Origin: Rhodospirillales bacterium
GTDB lineage: Bacteria > Pseudomonadota > Alphaproteobacteria > Bin95
Direction of reading: 5' to 3'
DNA length: 64,000 nucleotides
Assembly (NCBI GenBank): GCA_038143065.1
Contig: JAYQLI010000035.1
Location: 2,080,894 to 2,144,893, forward strand
The notes under the pieces: model-generated
Seen by the model: only the letters and a program-made list of their open reading frames with translations
The model's database searches: none
Told to the model about the DNA's origin: nothing
Made by a program: the position numbers and the translations under genes
Part shown: one piece after another, positions 31,183-44,616 of the stretch
Layout of the letters: the number at the start of each line of letters is the position of its first letter
Position numbering within the stretch: the first letter of the stretch is position 1

Positions 31183-31459
31183 ATTTGGCTTTTAGTGGCC
31201 TTAGCAGCGCTAACGTTAAGCCGAGAACGACTAAAGGCCAGACCAAAAAATGAAGCCAATAAAGTGGCTCAAAAAGTATCTCTAGACTGAGTGCGCCAAT
31301 GACTGAAAGAGCGCCAAAAATGAAGGTTACAAAGATGGCGGGACCATCCCCTGCATCATGAGCACGCAAGTCCAGTCCGCATGAGGGGCATTTTGGGTTT
31401 ACATCTAGCAACCCAGAGAAAAATGCACCTTGTCGGCAGCGTGGGCACCGGGCACTCAC
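31142..31459 (-). CDS. DUF983-family protein
   Basis: RCPRC...CPSCG...DGPA pattern; usual position between ctaE and SURF1. Confidence 0.85.
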   Translation of the reverse strand: MSARCPRCRQGAFFSGLLDVNPKCPSCGLDLRAHDAGDGPAIFVTFIFGALSVIGALSLEILFEPLYWLHFLVWPLVVLGLTLALLRPLKAKFVDIQYRRRSTAL

Positions 31460-31465
31460 TCTCGC

Positions 31466-32263
31466 TCAGCCACCCCAAACGTAAACGCAAGCAAACAAAA
31501 ACAGCCATACAACGTCAACGAAATGCCAGTACCATGCGGCAGCTTCAAAGCCAAAATGATGGTCAGATTTGAAGTGACCATTCATACCGCGGAACAGACA
31601 GACTGCTAGAAAGATGGTGCCGATAATAACATGGAAACCATGGAAACCGGTCGCTAGGAAAAAGGTTGAAGGATAAATTCCATCACGGAAGCCAAACGCT
31701 GCGTGACTATACTCATAAGCCTGCAATATTGAGAAGAAGAGCCCCAGAAGAACTGTTATTGTTAACCCTAAGATAAAATCTTTGCGATTATTGTGCAGAA
31801 GAGCGTGATGCGCCCATGTGACGGTGCAGCCTGAAAGCAGCAGTATTAGCGTATTGAGGAGCGGGAGATCTAAGGCATCAAATGTTTGAATCCCCTCGGG
31901 AGGCCACACAAAGCCAGTTGCTGCTTTTGGAAAAAGGCTTGCATCAAAGAAGGCCCAGAAAAACGCCGCAAAAAACATCACTTCCGATGCAATGAAGAGG
32001 ACCATGCCATATCGAAGCCCTATCTGTACTGTTTTGGTATGATGTCCCTGATGTTCGCCTTCTCGAACGACATCGCGCCACCAGCCAAACATCACGCCTA
32101 CTACGCAAAGTACTCCAATGATAAGAAGCCAATATGACTCAAGTCGCATTACCATGAGAGCACCTGCTGCAAGAACTAATCCTGCAAAAGCACCCAAAAA
32201 TGGCCATGGGCTTGGGTCAACTAGGTGGAATGGATGTTTGGGCGCGGCGTGGCTATCGGCCAT
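31466..32263 (-). CDS. ctaE: Cytochrome c oxidase subunit III
   Basis: HPFHLVDPSPWP, TGFHGFHV and WYWHFVDVVW motifs. Confidence 0.97.
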   Translation of the reverse strand: MADSHAAPKHPFHLVDPSPWPFLGAFAGLVLAAGALMVMRLESYWLLIIGVLCVVGVMFGWWRDVVREGEHQGHHTKTVQIGLRYGMVLFIASEVMFFAAFFWAFFDASLFPKAATGFVWPPEGIQTFDALDLPLLNTLILLLSGCTVTWAHHALLHNNRKDFILGLTITVLLGLFFSILQAYEYSHAAFGFRDGIYPSTFFLATGFHGFHVIIGTIFLAVCLFRGMNGHFKSDHHFGFEAAAWYWHFVDVVWLFLFACVYVWGG

Positions 32264-32293
32264 TTTTAAGCTCCTCGGCTAGTGCCGGTTAAT

Positions 32294-32865
32294 TCAACAG
32301 CTTAGCCTGGACATTACCAGAGGTGACATCACGGGCTGGGAAAAAGTATAAGAAAGTGTTATCGATTTAACATCATCTAAATTGCGATCTTCTGATATCT
32401 CAGGATCAATAAAGAAAGATACGGGAAAGTCCATAGTCTCCCCGGATTGGAGAACCTGCTCCTCAAAGCAGAAGCATTGTACTTTATTGAAGTAGATACC
32501 TGCTTTTTGTGGGGTAACGTTGAAAACAGATGTACCTGTTAGCGCTTGGTGAGAGGTATTCGTCGCTTGGAAGAACACCAGATGCTCTTCGCCAGCCTTC
32601 ACTGATATAGCGCTGCCAGATGGACGGAAAGACCAGTCAAGTTCTGGACTAATGTCAGTATTAAATCGGACTGTAAATTCACGGGCATCTTGCGGTGCAC
32701 CTGGTGCCGCTTCAGCTCTTTGGGTTGTTCCACCATACCCTGTCACCCTGCAGAACAGGTCGTAAAGCGGTACGGACGCGTAAGAGAGCCCAATCATTCC
32801 AACGACTACCCCAGCAAGAACTACAGCTAGTCGTCGGTTTTTTTGTTAGGCGCACTCTCAACCAT
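32294..32865 (-). CDS. ctaG: Cytochrome c oxidase assembly protein CtaG/Cox11; apparent frameshifts near both ends
   Basis: VPLYDLFCRVTGYGGT and QCFCF motifs. The ATG at 32865 is off-frame by one A in a homopolymer at about 32838-32844, and the C-terminal T run at about 32341 is also one base short. Confidence 0.92.
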
Positions 32866-33035
32866 CAACCTGCCCCTAGGCCGGCCTGAATCCGAACAAT
32901 TGTCACGAGATAAAAGGTTGCCATCAAAGCAACAAGAGCCCCAAGAATTGCAAGGTTGCGAACACGTTTTCGACGATGCAATGCGCTGTTCCTAGGAGAA
33001 ATATCTGAACGCTTAGACGGACGAGCTAGAGGCAT
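32865..33035 (-). CDS. Small single-TM protein between ctaB and ctaG (CoxF-like; 56 aa; not in the ORF track)
   Basis: Manual translation MPLARPSKRSDISPRNSALHRRKRVRNLAILGALVALMATFYLVTIVRIQAGLGAG; fills the ctaB-ctaG gap and overlaps the ctaG start (TGATG). Confidence 0.8.
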   Translation of the reverse strand: MPLARPSKRSDISPRNSALHRRKRVRNLAILGALVALMATFYLVTIVRIQAGLGAG

Positions 33036-33037
33036 AG

Positions 33038-33949
33038 TCAACCACCTAGAATGGCGTGATCCGCAATTAGACCACCAAGAAGCAAGAAAAGATAAAGGAT
33101 CGAAAATCCAAAGAGACGTTTTGCATCCCGATCATCGTCGCTCTGAAACAGCCGATACGCCATTCCAACAAACAGTGCCCCTAATATAGCCGCAAACCCA
33201 CCGTATGCGATGCTAGACAGGCCAACTGTCGTAGGTGTTATACCGATTGGCGCTAGAATAAGACTGTAAATAAGAATTTGTTTTCGAGTTTCCGTCCGAC
33301 CAGCAACAACTGGTAGCATTGGTACACCAGCGGCAGCGTAATCATTTGCCCTGTAAAGGGCCAGTGCCCAAAAGTGTGGGGGTGTCCAGAAAAAGATAAT
33401 CAGAAAAAGTACGAACGAGCCTACTGTTACATCTCCAGTAACAGCAGCCCATCCAATCATTGGTGGAAAGGCACCCGCAGCCCCTCCGATAACAATATTT
33501 TGAGCCGTGCTGCGTTTCAGCCACATTGTGTAAACAAAAATATAGAAGCCAATAGTCAAAGCTAATAAAGCAGATGCTGCCCAGTTCACTGCTAATCCCA
33601 TCAAAGCGATGGAGCCTACTGCAAGAATGCAGCCAAATCCTAGGGCTGTTGTCTTATCAATGAGACCGGCAGGAATTGGGCGTCTGGCCGTTCGTGACAT
33701 TGTGGCGTCGATATCTGCATCGTACCACATATTAATTGCGCCAGATGCACCAGCGCCAATTGCAATGCATAGAATTGCTACGACAGCCAACACAGGGTGG
33801 AGTGACCCAGGTGCAACGAACAGCCCGGCTGCTCCGGAAAATACGACCAGAGACATTACGCGAGGTTTTAGCAAAGCCAGAAAATCCCGAACGCTGGGGT
33901 CAGCGCTCGGGGTTTCGGTTAAGGCTGAGACAACTGTCGCTTCGGCCAT
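33038..33949 (-). CDS. ctaB: Protoheme IX farnesyltransferase (heme o synthase)
   Basis: [20 protein letters not shown] and WTPPHFWAL motifs. Confidence 0.96.
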   Translation of the reverse strand: MAEATVVSALTETPSADPSVRDFLALLKPRVMSLVVFSGAAGLFVAPGSLHPVLAVVAILCIAIGAGASGAINMWYDADIDATMSRTARRPIPAGLIDKTTALGFGCILAVGSIALMGLAVNWAASALLALTIGFYIFVYTMWLKRSTAQNIVIGGAAGAFPPMIGWAAVTGDVTVGSFVLFLIIFFWTPPHFWALALYRANDYAAAGVPMLPVVAGRTETRKQILIYSLILAPIGITPTTVGLSSIAYGGFAAILGALFVGMAYRLFQSDDDRDAKRLFGFSILYLFLLLGGLIADHAILGG

Positions 33950-33985
33950 TGGCTTTCGTCTGAGCTCGCTTAGCTCCGCGGCGCG

Positions 33986-36524
<2,539 letters not shown>

Positions 36525-36746
36525 ACGGTCTGCCTCACTTCCACAACTGTCCGTACAAGATCAACCTAACGGGACATACGATTTTAATAACCTATTCGCT
36601 ACACTATTCAGCCACTTTTTGGAACCTATGCGACTGGTTGTCGCTAAAATTTCGGCACACATTAAGTCTCTACAAATTCCATCTATGGTTAGAGATGTAT
36701 CTGCATTTCAGAGTCGTCAATGCTTACCGACTTAGGAGGGGATATA

Positions 36747-38180
36747 ATGAACCCTACTTTAGAAACGAACCGGCTTTTTTTTGATGAGACCGAGCTAACG
36801 AATGAACAGGCACGCCAACGTTTGTCAGAGGGAATCGCCGGAGCGGATGACGGCGAGCTGTTTTTGGAGCGGCGCACGACAGAAAGCCTAGTTTTTGATG
36901 ATGGACGACTGAGATCGGCCAATCATGACATCTCGCAAGGTTTTGGAATGAGAGCAGTTGCAGAAGAGTTTGTAGCATATGCTCATGGGGGAGAGTTATC
37001 TGACGCTGCGCTTGCAAAGGCTGCCGAGACAGCCCGAGAGGCAGGTAAGGGCCGAGAGGGTAGTAAGAATTTTGGCCCCGCCTTAGTTAATCATACCCTT
37101 TATGGACATAGCGACCCCACTGTTCAGCCCAAATTTGCCGTCAAAGTTGGGATTCTTGAGCAAATTGATGCTTATTTACGCGCCAAGGACCCCGCAGTCG
37201 TTCAGGTTTCAGCTTCAATTACTGCCGAATTGCAAGCAATTAAAATTCTTAGAGCAAATGGCGACGAAGTATCCGATGTACGCCCGTTAGTTAGAGTCAA
37301 TGTTCAGGTGACTGTCCGAAAAGGTGAACGAATGGAAATTGGTTCAGACGGTCGTGGTGGTAGGCTTCCACTTGCTGAATTTCTTGAAGCCAATTCTTGG
37401 CGCGCTTCCGCTGATGAAGCACTTCGTCAGGCCCTTATCAAACTTGATGCCATCCCTGCTCCAGCAGGAGAAATGACGGTAGTTCTAGGACCAGGTTGGC
37501 CAGGTGTTATGTTGCATGAGGCAGTCGGCCACGGTCTTGAAGGAGATTTCAATCGGAAGGGTTCATCCGCATTTTCCGGACTTATGGGTGAAATGGTGGC
37601 GGCGAAGGGCGTTACAGTAGTTGATGATGGAACGATTGAAGCGCGCCGTGGATCCTTAAACTTTGACGATGAGGGCACACCTACTCAGCGTAATGTTTTG
37701 ATAGAAGACGGCCGCCTTGTAGGTTACATGCAGGATCGGATGAATGCTCGGCTTATGGGAGTTCATCCAACAGGCAATGGCCGGCGTCAGTCCTATGCGC
37801 ACCAGCCAATGCCTCGCATGACGAACACCTTTATGGTGGGCGGTAATTTGGACCCAGAAGACATCATCGCTTCCGTTGATAGGGGCGTTTACGCTGTTAA
37901 CTTTGGTGGTGGCCAGGTCGATATCACCAGCGGTAAATATGTCTTCTCTGCTTCTGAGGCCTATATGATTGAAGGTGGCAAGGTAACTGCACCTATCAAA
38001 GGCGCTACGCTGATTGGTGACGGTCCTGAATCGATGAAGCGCGTGTCCATGATAGGTAACGATATGGCTTTGGATGCAGGCATTGGAGTGTGCGGTAAGT
38101 CTGGGCAAGGTGTGCCAGTAGGTGTTGGTCAGCCAACCCTAAAAATGGACGGTGTTACGATAGGCGGAACAGCGGCCTAA
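36747..38180 (+). CDS. tldD: Metalloprotease TldD
   Basis: HEAVGHGLEGDFNRK, PRMTNT and CGKSGQGVPVGVGQPT motifs; ATG at 36747 follows GGAGGGG. Confidence 0.95.
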   Translation: MNPTLETNRLFFDETELTNEQARQRLSEGIAGADDGELFLERRTTESLVFDDGRLRSANHDISQGFGMRAVAEEFVAYAHGGELSDAALAKAAETAREAGKGREGSKNFGPALVNHTLYGHSDPTVQPKFAVKVGILEQIDAYLRAKDPAVVQVSASITAELQAIKILRANGDEVSDVRPLVRVNVQVTVRKGERMEIGSDGRGGRLPLAEFLEANSWRASADEALRQALIKLDAIPAPAGEMTVVLGPGWPGVMLHEAVGHGLEGDFNRKGSSAFSGLMGEMVAAKGVTVVDDGTIEARRGSLNFDDEGTPTQRNVLIEDGRLVGYMQDRMNARLMGVHPTGNGRRQSYAHQPMPRMTNTFMVGGNLDPEDIIASVDRGVYAVNFGGGQVDITSGKYVFSASEAYMIEGGKVTAPIKGATLIGDGPESMKRVSMIGNDMALDAGIGVCGKSGQGVPVGVGQPTLKMDGVTIGGTAA

Positions 38181-38186
38181 TTGTTT

Positions 38187-39296
38187 TTAAAGCCCTTTCA
38201 AAGAATCCAGGGTCTGTCTCGTGGTTTCAATGATTTCGCTAAAGATCTCTGCAGCTGGTCGTTTGCTTTGTATACCCCCGGCACCCTGACCTCCAGCATT
38301 CATGGTGATTTCAAATCGGCCTGCAGTCATGGCGGCTTCTTTAAAATCTTCCATTAATACCCTTTGGTGTGGGGTTGGGAGTGCGGGAAGGCCACTATCA
38401 CTCCAGGCTTGTGACACTGCATTGTGAACGGCGCGGATGGGTTTGCCTGTCCAGTAGGGTGATATGCGCATATCACCCGTTGATGCATTGACCAATTGGT
38501 CTTTCAGCGACTCGGGCAATCCTCCTTCATTCGCAACAAGGAAGGCCGTCCCTATCCACGCACCTTGCGCCCCAAGAGCTAAACTCGCCGCAACCCCTCT
38601 ACCGTCATATATTCCACCCGCCGCGAGCACAGGAATATCTCCCGCAGCATCAACAACCTGAGGTAAAAGCGCAAAATTGGCGATTGCGCCGGTATGGCCG
38701 CCCCCCTCTGTGCCTTGAGCAACAATCACGTCAACACCCGCCTTAACCTGGCGAATGGCATTGCGTGGTGATCCGCAAACACCCATTACTTTCATGCCGA
38801 CCTCGCGGGCTTCTGGCACGACAATTGCCGGGTCACCAAGTCCTGCAGCGAAAACTGGCACTCTCGCATTTAAGGTAACTTCAATCTGCTCCTGGATGAG
38901 TTTGGTGGAAATAACGTGATCTTCTTGGAATGGGCGCTCTGGAAGTCCGAATGTTTGATGTAATTTAGTGAGAAATGCCCAATGTTCGGGATGTTTTTCT
39001 CTTATTTCTCTCCTTACTGCCGCTCGACTGCCTGAAGCCTGAGCGAGGGAAGCAGGAAGCAGAAGGTCGACGCCAAAAGGTTTATCTGTCAGTAAACGCA
39101 CAGCAGCTATCCGGCGATCAATTTCCGCAGCTGGAAGATTGGAGCAGCCAAGGACCCCCAAACCACCTGCATTTGAGACAGCCGCTACGAGCTCAGGTGG
39201 CGTTCCCATACCCCATGAACCCATCCCAGCTAGAACGATTGGGTACTCAATCTCGAGAAGGTCGCATATGGGGGTGTGGAGAATGGTCATTATCAA
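38187..39296 (-). CDS. Nitronate monooxygenase / FabK-like FMN oxidoreductase
   Basis: LVAAVSNAGGLG, QGTEGGGH, AAGGIYDGRG and GTAFL motifs. Confidence 0.88.
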   Translation of the reverse strand: MIMTILHTPICDLLEIEYPIVLAGMGSWGMGTPPELVAAVSNAGGLGVLGCSNLPAAEIDRRIAAVRLLTDKPFGVDLLLPASLAQASGSRAAVRREIREKHPEHWAFLTKLHQTFGLPERPFQEDHVISTKLIQEQIEVTLNARVPVFAAGLGDPAIVVPEAREVGMKVMGVCGSPRNAIRQVKAGVDVIVAQGTEGGGHTGAIANFALLPQVVDAAGDIPVLAAGGIYDGRGVAASLALGAQGAWIGTAFLVANEGGLPESLKDQLVNASTGDMRISPYWTGKPIRAVHNAVSQAWSDSGLPALPTPHQRVLMEDFKEAAMTAGRFEITMNAGGQGAGGIQSKRPAAEIFSEIIETTRQTLDSLKGL

Positions 39297-39457
39297 AATC
39301 TCGAAAACAATCTAAACGACAGATTAATTGTCGCTGACTTTTTAATGTAAGCAAATTAACAATTTTTTGAGCTTGAATAAATGTGCAGCGCAAATGCAGA
39401 ACCTTCTTTGCCACATTTATCCAATTAATTTCCCCAAGCTTGCAGTACTGATTGATT

Positions 39458-40279
39458 TTACCCGTCTAGCCGAGCGCGAATGGCGCGAAGATCCTGCCAG
39501 GCTTGTTTTTTGCGCCGGCTGACGCAGCAGGAATGCAGGGTGGAATGTAGGCAAGGCTGGGATAGATAGGCCACTAGGTTCATCGCGCGTTTGGAAATCA
39601 ATCCATCGACCGCGGAGGCGAGTTATGCCAGTCGTCTCATTCAGTAAGCTTTGAGCAGCTGGTCCACCAAGAAGCACTAGCACTTTTGGACCAATCAGCT
39701 CAATTTGTCTCAACAAGAAGGGTAGAGTCGCATTTCGTTCTTCTGGTGTAGGCGTTCTGTTTCCAGGTGGACGCCAGTACAAGGTATTGGTCACGTACAC
39801 TTCTGACCGATTAAGGCCGATAGAGGCCAACATTCGGTCGAGTAATTTTCCACTAGGCCCAACAAATGGGATTCCTTGACGATCTTCTTCAGCGCCAGGA
39901 GCTTCGCCAATCAACATTAATTTTGCTGCCAGTGCTCCATCACCAAAAACTGTATTTGTAGCAAAGCGCTTGAGCGTCCCACCGTCAAAACCTTCAAGGC
40001 ATTGGCGAAGCTCTTCTAGAGTTGATACGCTTTTAAGGTCTTCGAAAGAGGTTTTTAATTGCCCTGAGTCGGCTAGCCTTACCGGGGAGTGGAATCGTTA
40101 AAACGTGTTTGGGCCAGTGATTTAGCCCCAAGTTTTTCCGTAGCTGGTGGATCTGAACTTTCAAAACGGTTCCAAGGAACCTCTTGAACGACGTCGGTTG
40201 CTCCTGCCTCAACTTGCCAACGCAACATTGAAAGCAACGTTTGCCGGTCTAGTCCGTCTATTGATTCGTTCGCCACCAT
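39458..40279 (-). CDS. Uracil-DNA glycosylase, family 4; two apparent frameshifts (near 40085 and near 39508)
   Basis: IGEAPG.EED..G.PFVG.SG, WRPPGNRTP and TFHPAFLLR motifs. Adding one A restores PAQKKQAWQDL. Confidence 0.88.
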
Positions 40280-40379
40280 GGCGCTGTTATAACTCCTGCC
40301 CTATCTTTAAAACATATGTATACTTTAGGTTGATGCGTTAGCGTCGCCAAGTAACTGTACTGGGAGAGATAGGAGCGTC

Positions 40380-42024
40380 ATGGAACGGGAGAGTATGGAG
40401 TTTGATGTCGTCATTGTTGGTGGAGGGCCCGCGGGACTGTCAGCAGCAATCCGTCTAAAACAACTCGCGGCCGAGTCAGGTAGTGACATTAGCGTTTGCT
40501 TGCTCGAAAAGGGCTCTGAAATCGGTGCGCACATTCTTTCTGGTGCTGTGCTTGATCCGCGCGCATTAAATGAGCTTTTACCCAATTGGAAGGAATTAGG
40601 AGCACCGCTTAACACGCCAGTGAAACGCGACAAGTTTTTATTCTTAGATAAGAAGGGTGGCTTTCGGGTTCCTGAGTTCGCAATGATGCCAGCAATGAAA
40701 AACCATGGGAATTTCATTGTCAGTCTAGCAAACGTTTGCCGCTGGCTGGGTGAGCAAGCAGAAAGCGTTGGAGTTGAGATTTATCCGGGCTTCGCAGCCG
40801 CTGAGGTGTTATTTCACAGCGATGGCTCAGTCAAAGGCGTTGCCACCGGGGATATGGGAATAGGAAAGGATGGAGAGCCTAAGGCTGGTCATGAACCAGG
40901 CATTGAACTCCATGCTAAATATACTTTCTTTGCCGAGGGGTGCAGGAGGCCATCTTGGCAAGCAGCTCATGGAAACATTTAATCTTCGAGATGAAGCCCA
41001 GCCACAAACCTATGGAATAGGTATTAAGGAGTTATGGGAAGTAGATCCGGAGAAGCATGAGCAAGGTCTAGTCATGCACACCGCTGGGTACCCCATGGAT
41101 CGAAATACGTATGGGGGATCATTTCTTTACCATCTTGAAAACAATCAAGTGGCATTAGGATTTGTAATTGGCCTCGATTACGAGAACCCATACCTTTCAC
41201 CCTACGATGAGTTTCAACGCTGGAAATCTCATCCAGTTATCAAGCAAACCTTAAAAGGAGGTAAGCGCATAGCTTATGGTGCGCGTGCATTAAACGAGGG
41301 TGGCGTCCAATCTCTTCCAAAATTGGTATTTCCGGGAGGTTGTTTGATCGGATGTGATGCAGGCTTCCTAAACATGCCCAGGATCAAGGGAAGTCATGCC
41401 GCCATGAAGACAGGCATGCTGGCGGCAGAGGCTGCTTTTGAGCGTGTTTCAAAGGGTTCAGAGGGCCGAGATGAATTGACAGAATACCCAGAGGCTTATC
41501 GGGCTTCTTGGTTACATAAGGAACTTTGGTTGGCTAGAAATGTTCGACCAGCATTCAAGTGGGGCCTGATTGGTGGTACCCTGTATGCAGGGATTGACCA
41601 AGTGCTCCTGCGTGGTCGTGCTCCTTGGACATTGTCGCACCACGGTCCTGACCATGCTGCGATCAAGCCAAAATCAGAATTTAAACCAATTGATTATCCG
41701 AAATATGATGGTGAGATTACTTTCGACAAACCATCTTCTGTGTATTTGTCTGCGACCAATCATGAAGAGGATCAGCCAGTACACCTGACCTTGAAAGATC
41801 CATCGGTACCAATTCAAACAAACCTCGAATTGTATGATGCGCCAGAACAACGATATTGCCCGGCGGGGGTGTATGAGATTGTTGCTGACAATGGAGAGCC
41901 GAGATTGCAGATAAATGCTCAGAACTGCGTTCACTGCAAAACCTGCGATATTAAGGACCCAACTCAGAATATTGTTTGGGTAACACCAGAAGGTGGTGGA
42001 GGACCAAATTACCCTAACATGTGA
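40380..42024 (+). CDS. Electron-transfer flavoprotein-ubiquinone oxidoreductase; apparent +1 frameshift at about 40945
   Basis: [21 protein letters not shown], and C-terminal CPAGVYE...[13 protein letters not shown]; AEGCRGHLGK is split between frames. Confidence 0.93.
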
Positions 42025-42031
42025 TCGTTCT

Positions 42032-43714
42032 ATGGGACGTTTACTTTTTCTCTATTCTTTTTGGCCTTCGGCGTCGCGACGCAAACAATTTGTTCTGCTT
42101 CTGCGGCGCCAGCGGGGTTTGCTTCTGCTTATCTCTCCGGATTAGTAGCTGAGCAAAGAGGAGAAATCGGCAGAGCCTCTACTTACTTCGCACACGCTCA
42201 AGAGACTGCACCAGAAACACCAATGCTCCAAAGGCGTGTTATGCGTTTGCAGCTTTTGGAAGGCCAATTTGATTCGGCAGCGGAAGCAGCCCGTCTTATG
42301 GCCAAATCAGGTGACGATAACTTTCCTACAACACTTATTCGTTTAGTAGATTTCCTTAGAGATGGAAACTTTAAGGGTGCCCTCAATCTCGTAAACAGGC
42401 CAGGGTCTAATGGTCTTTCCCCTGTGGTTACGGTTCTGGCAACGGCTTGGTCACAAGCGGGAGAGGGTAAGGTTGATGAAGCGATTAAGGTCCTTACTGA
42501 TTCAGCTAAGGAAAATCCGGATTTACAAACATTATTTTTATTGCACGCTGCTTTTTGGCAGAACAAGCCACTCGTTTAGATATTGCTCGATGGCTGTATG
42601 AAGAATCCCTTTCAGCAGCCGAAGCTAAGAAACAGACTATTTCACCTCGATTAATTCATGCTGTTTCCGGATTCTTTGATAGGAGGGGCATGTCAACAGA
42701 AGCGGCAGAGGTGCGCGCAAAAGGATTTTCTTCCCTCGACATTATGTCACCAGCACAGTCAATTGTTACATCTCCTACTGAAGGCTTCGCAGAAGCGTTA
42801 TTCAATATTGCTGGAAGTCTCTATGGAGACCGGCAATACATACAGGCTCTGAGCTATACTAGATTATCGGAAGTTCTTCGGCCGAATGATCCATCTGTGC
42901 GTTTTACAACAGCGCAAATTTTAGAAGCTTTAGGCAGATATATGGACGCGGTTAAAGCTTATGAATTGGTTCCAAAAGTAGGGTCATACGGCTGGCAATC
43001 TAGGCTGCGTCTGGCGGAAAGTCTTTCAGACGCCGGCGATAGTGAAGGCGCTATAAACGCGATGCGCCATCTGCTCGATATGGAGCCAGATGAGCCTCAG
43101 GTAGCGTTAACGCTTGGAAATATCCTGCGCGCCCATAATTACTTTCCTGAGGCTGTAAAAGCTTACGATGAGGCTGTTCGTCGTCAGGCAAAACTTGGTA
43201 AAATTGATGCGTGGCTTCACTACGCGCGAGGTGTTGCGCTTGATCGTTCAGGTCGTTGGCCTGAGGCAGAAAAAGAATTTCTCGAATCTCTCAAGACGCT
43301 ATCAGAAGAGCCATTGATATTGAATTATCTCGGCTACAGCTGGATTGATCGTGGAGAAAATATAGAGCGTGCATACGGCATGGTTTCTCGCGCAGTAGAA
43401 TTAAGACCGGATGATGGTTTCATTCGTGATAGCCTTGGCTGGGCAGAGTTCGAACTGGGAAATTTGAAAAGGCGGTTATTACGTTAGAGCTGGCCATTGA
43501 AATGCAGCCTATTGATCCCGTCATTAACGAACACTTGGGCGACGCTTATTGGCAGGTAGGTCGCTTCCGTGAAGCTCGCTTCCAATGGAGGCGCGCACTC
43601 TCGTTTGAGCCTGAGGATAAGCAAGTTTCAATAATCGAAACAAAATTAAAGTGTGGAATCGATGGCTGTCCAACCCCTATCGATGCCAGTAACAAGAGCG
43701 ATAATGGTAACTAA
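42032..43714 (+). CDS. Tetratricopeptide-repeat protein upstream of ispE; several apparent frameshifts
   Basis: Fragments 42061..42579, 42555..43487 and 43502..43714 carry LNYLGYSW, DSLGW and DPVINEHLGDAYW..GR..EARFQW motifs. Confidence 0.85.
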
Positions 43715-44578
43715 AGGCAGTTGGCAAATTTCACGGGCTCCTGCAAAGGTAAATCTTAGTCTTAAGGTTGTGGGGCGCCGAGCTGATGGCTATCACTTGC
43801 TTGATAGCATCGTCGTATTTTCAAATTTTGGAGATCATCTGGCGCTTAAGCCTACACTATCTGCGCCAACTCTAAGTATTAGAGGGCCATTCGCGGCTAA
43901 CCTTGAAAGTTCCCCAGAGAATAACTTGGCCTTCTTAGCAGATCGTGCATTTGCTGAGGCATTTGGCGGCACTCGTTGTGACATACGACTCTGGAAACGC
44001 TTGCCAACGGCAGCAGGCATCGGTGGTGGCTCTGCCGACGCTGCAGCGGTCTTGCGCTTAAAGGCCAAGCTAGCTGGAATACCTTTAAATGATACCGACC
44101 TTAACATGGTTGCTCTTTCATTGGGCGCTGATGTTCCAATGTGCTTGCGGGGTAGATCGGCGCGTGTGGGGGTGTTGGGGAAACACTGATTGAAGCCCCT
44201 ATGATGCCTGCGCTTCCTTCAGTATTGGTGAATCCAGGAGTGATGCTTCCAACACCGTCGGTCTTCAAACTGCGATCTGGTCCTTTTTCAACTTCAACAA
44301 CGCTGCCCGAGGCTTGGAATGATTTGTGTGAGGTTTCGGAAGCCGTTAATGACCTTGGGAATGACTTAATGCAGGCGGCTATTCACATAGAGCCTGTCAT
44401 AAAAGAAGTTTTGTCAAACCTCAAAGCAATGGCAGGCCTAAATGTGGCCTCAATGAGCGGCTCCGGTGCTACATGTTTTGGTTTATTTGATGATTTAAAA
44501 TCTGCACGCCAGGCTGCACGCGCACTTAAACGTCGATGGCCAGGCTGGTGGGTTGCTGAGATGGTATTGAATCCATAA
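43704..44578 (+). CDS. ispE: 4-diphosphocytidyl-2-C-methyl-D-erythritol kinase; apparent frameshift at about 44168-44172
   Basis: APAKVNLSL, RADGYHLLDS, AGIGGGSADAA, LGADVP and MSGSGATCF motifs. Confidence 0.93.
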
Positions 44579-44616
44579 TACTTACTTCGAGATTCTTTAA
44601 GGTAGCAGTAAATTAG

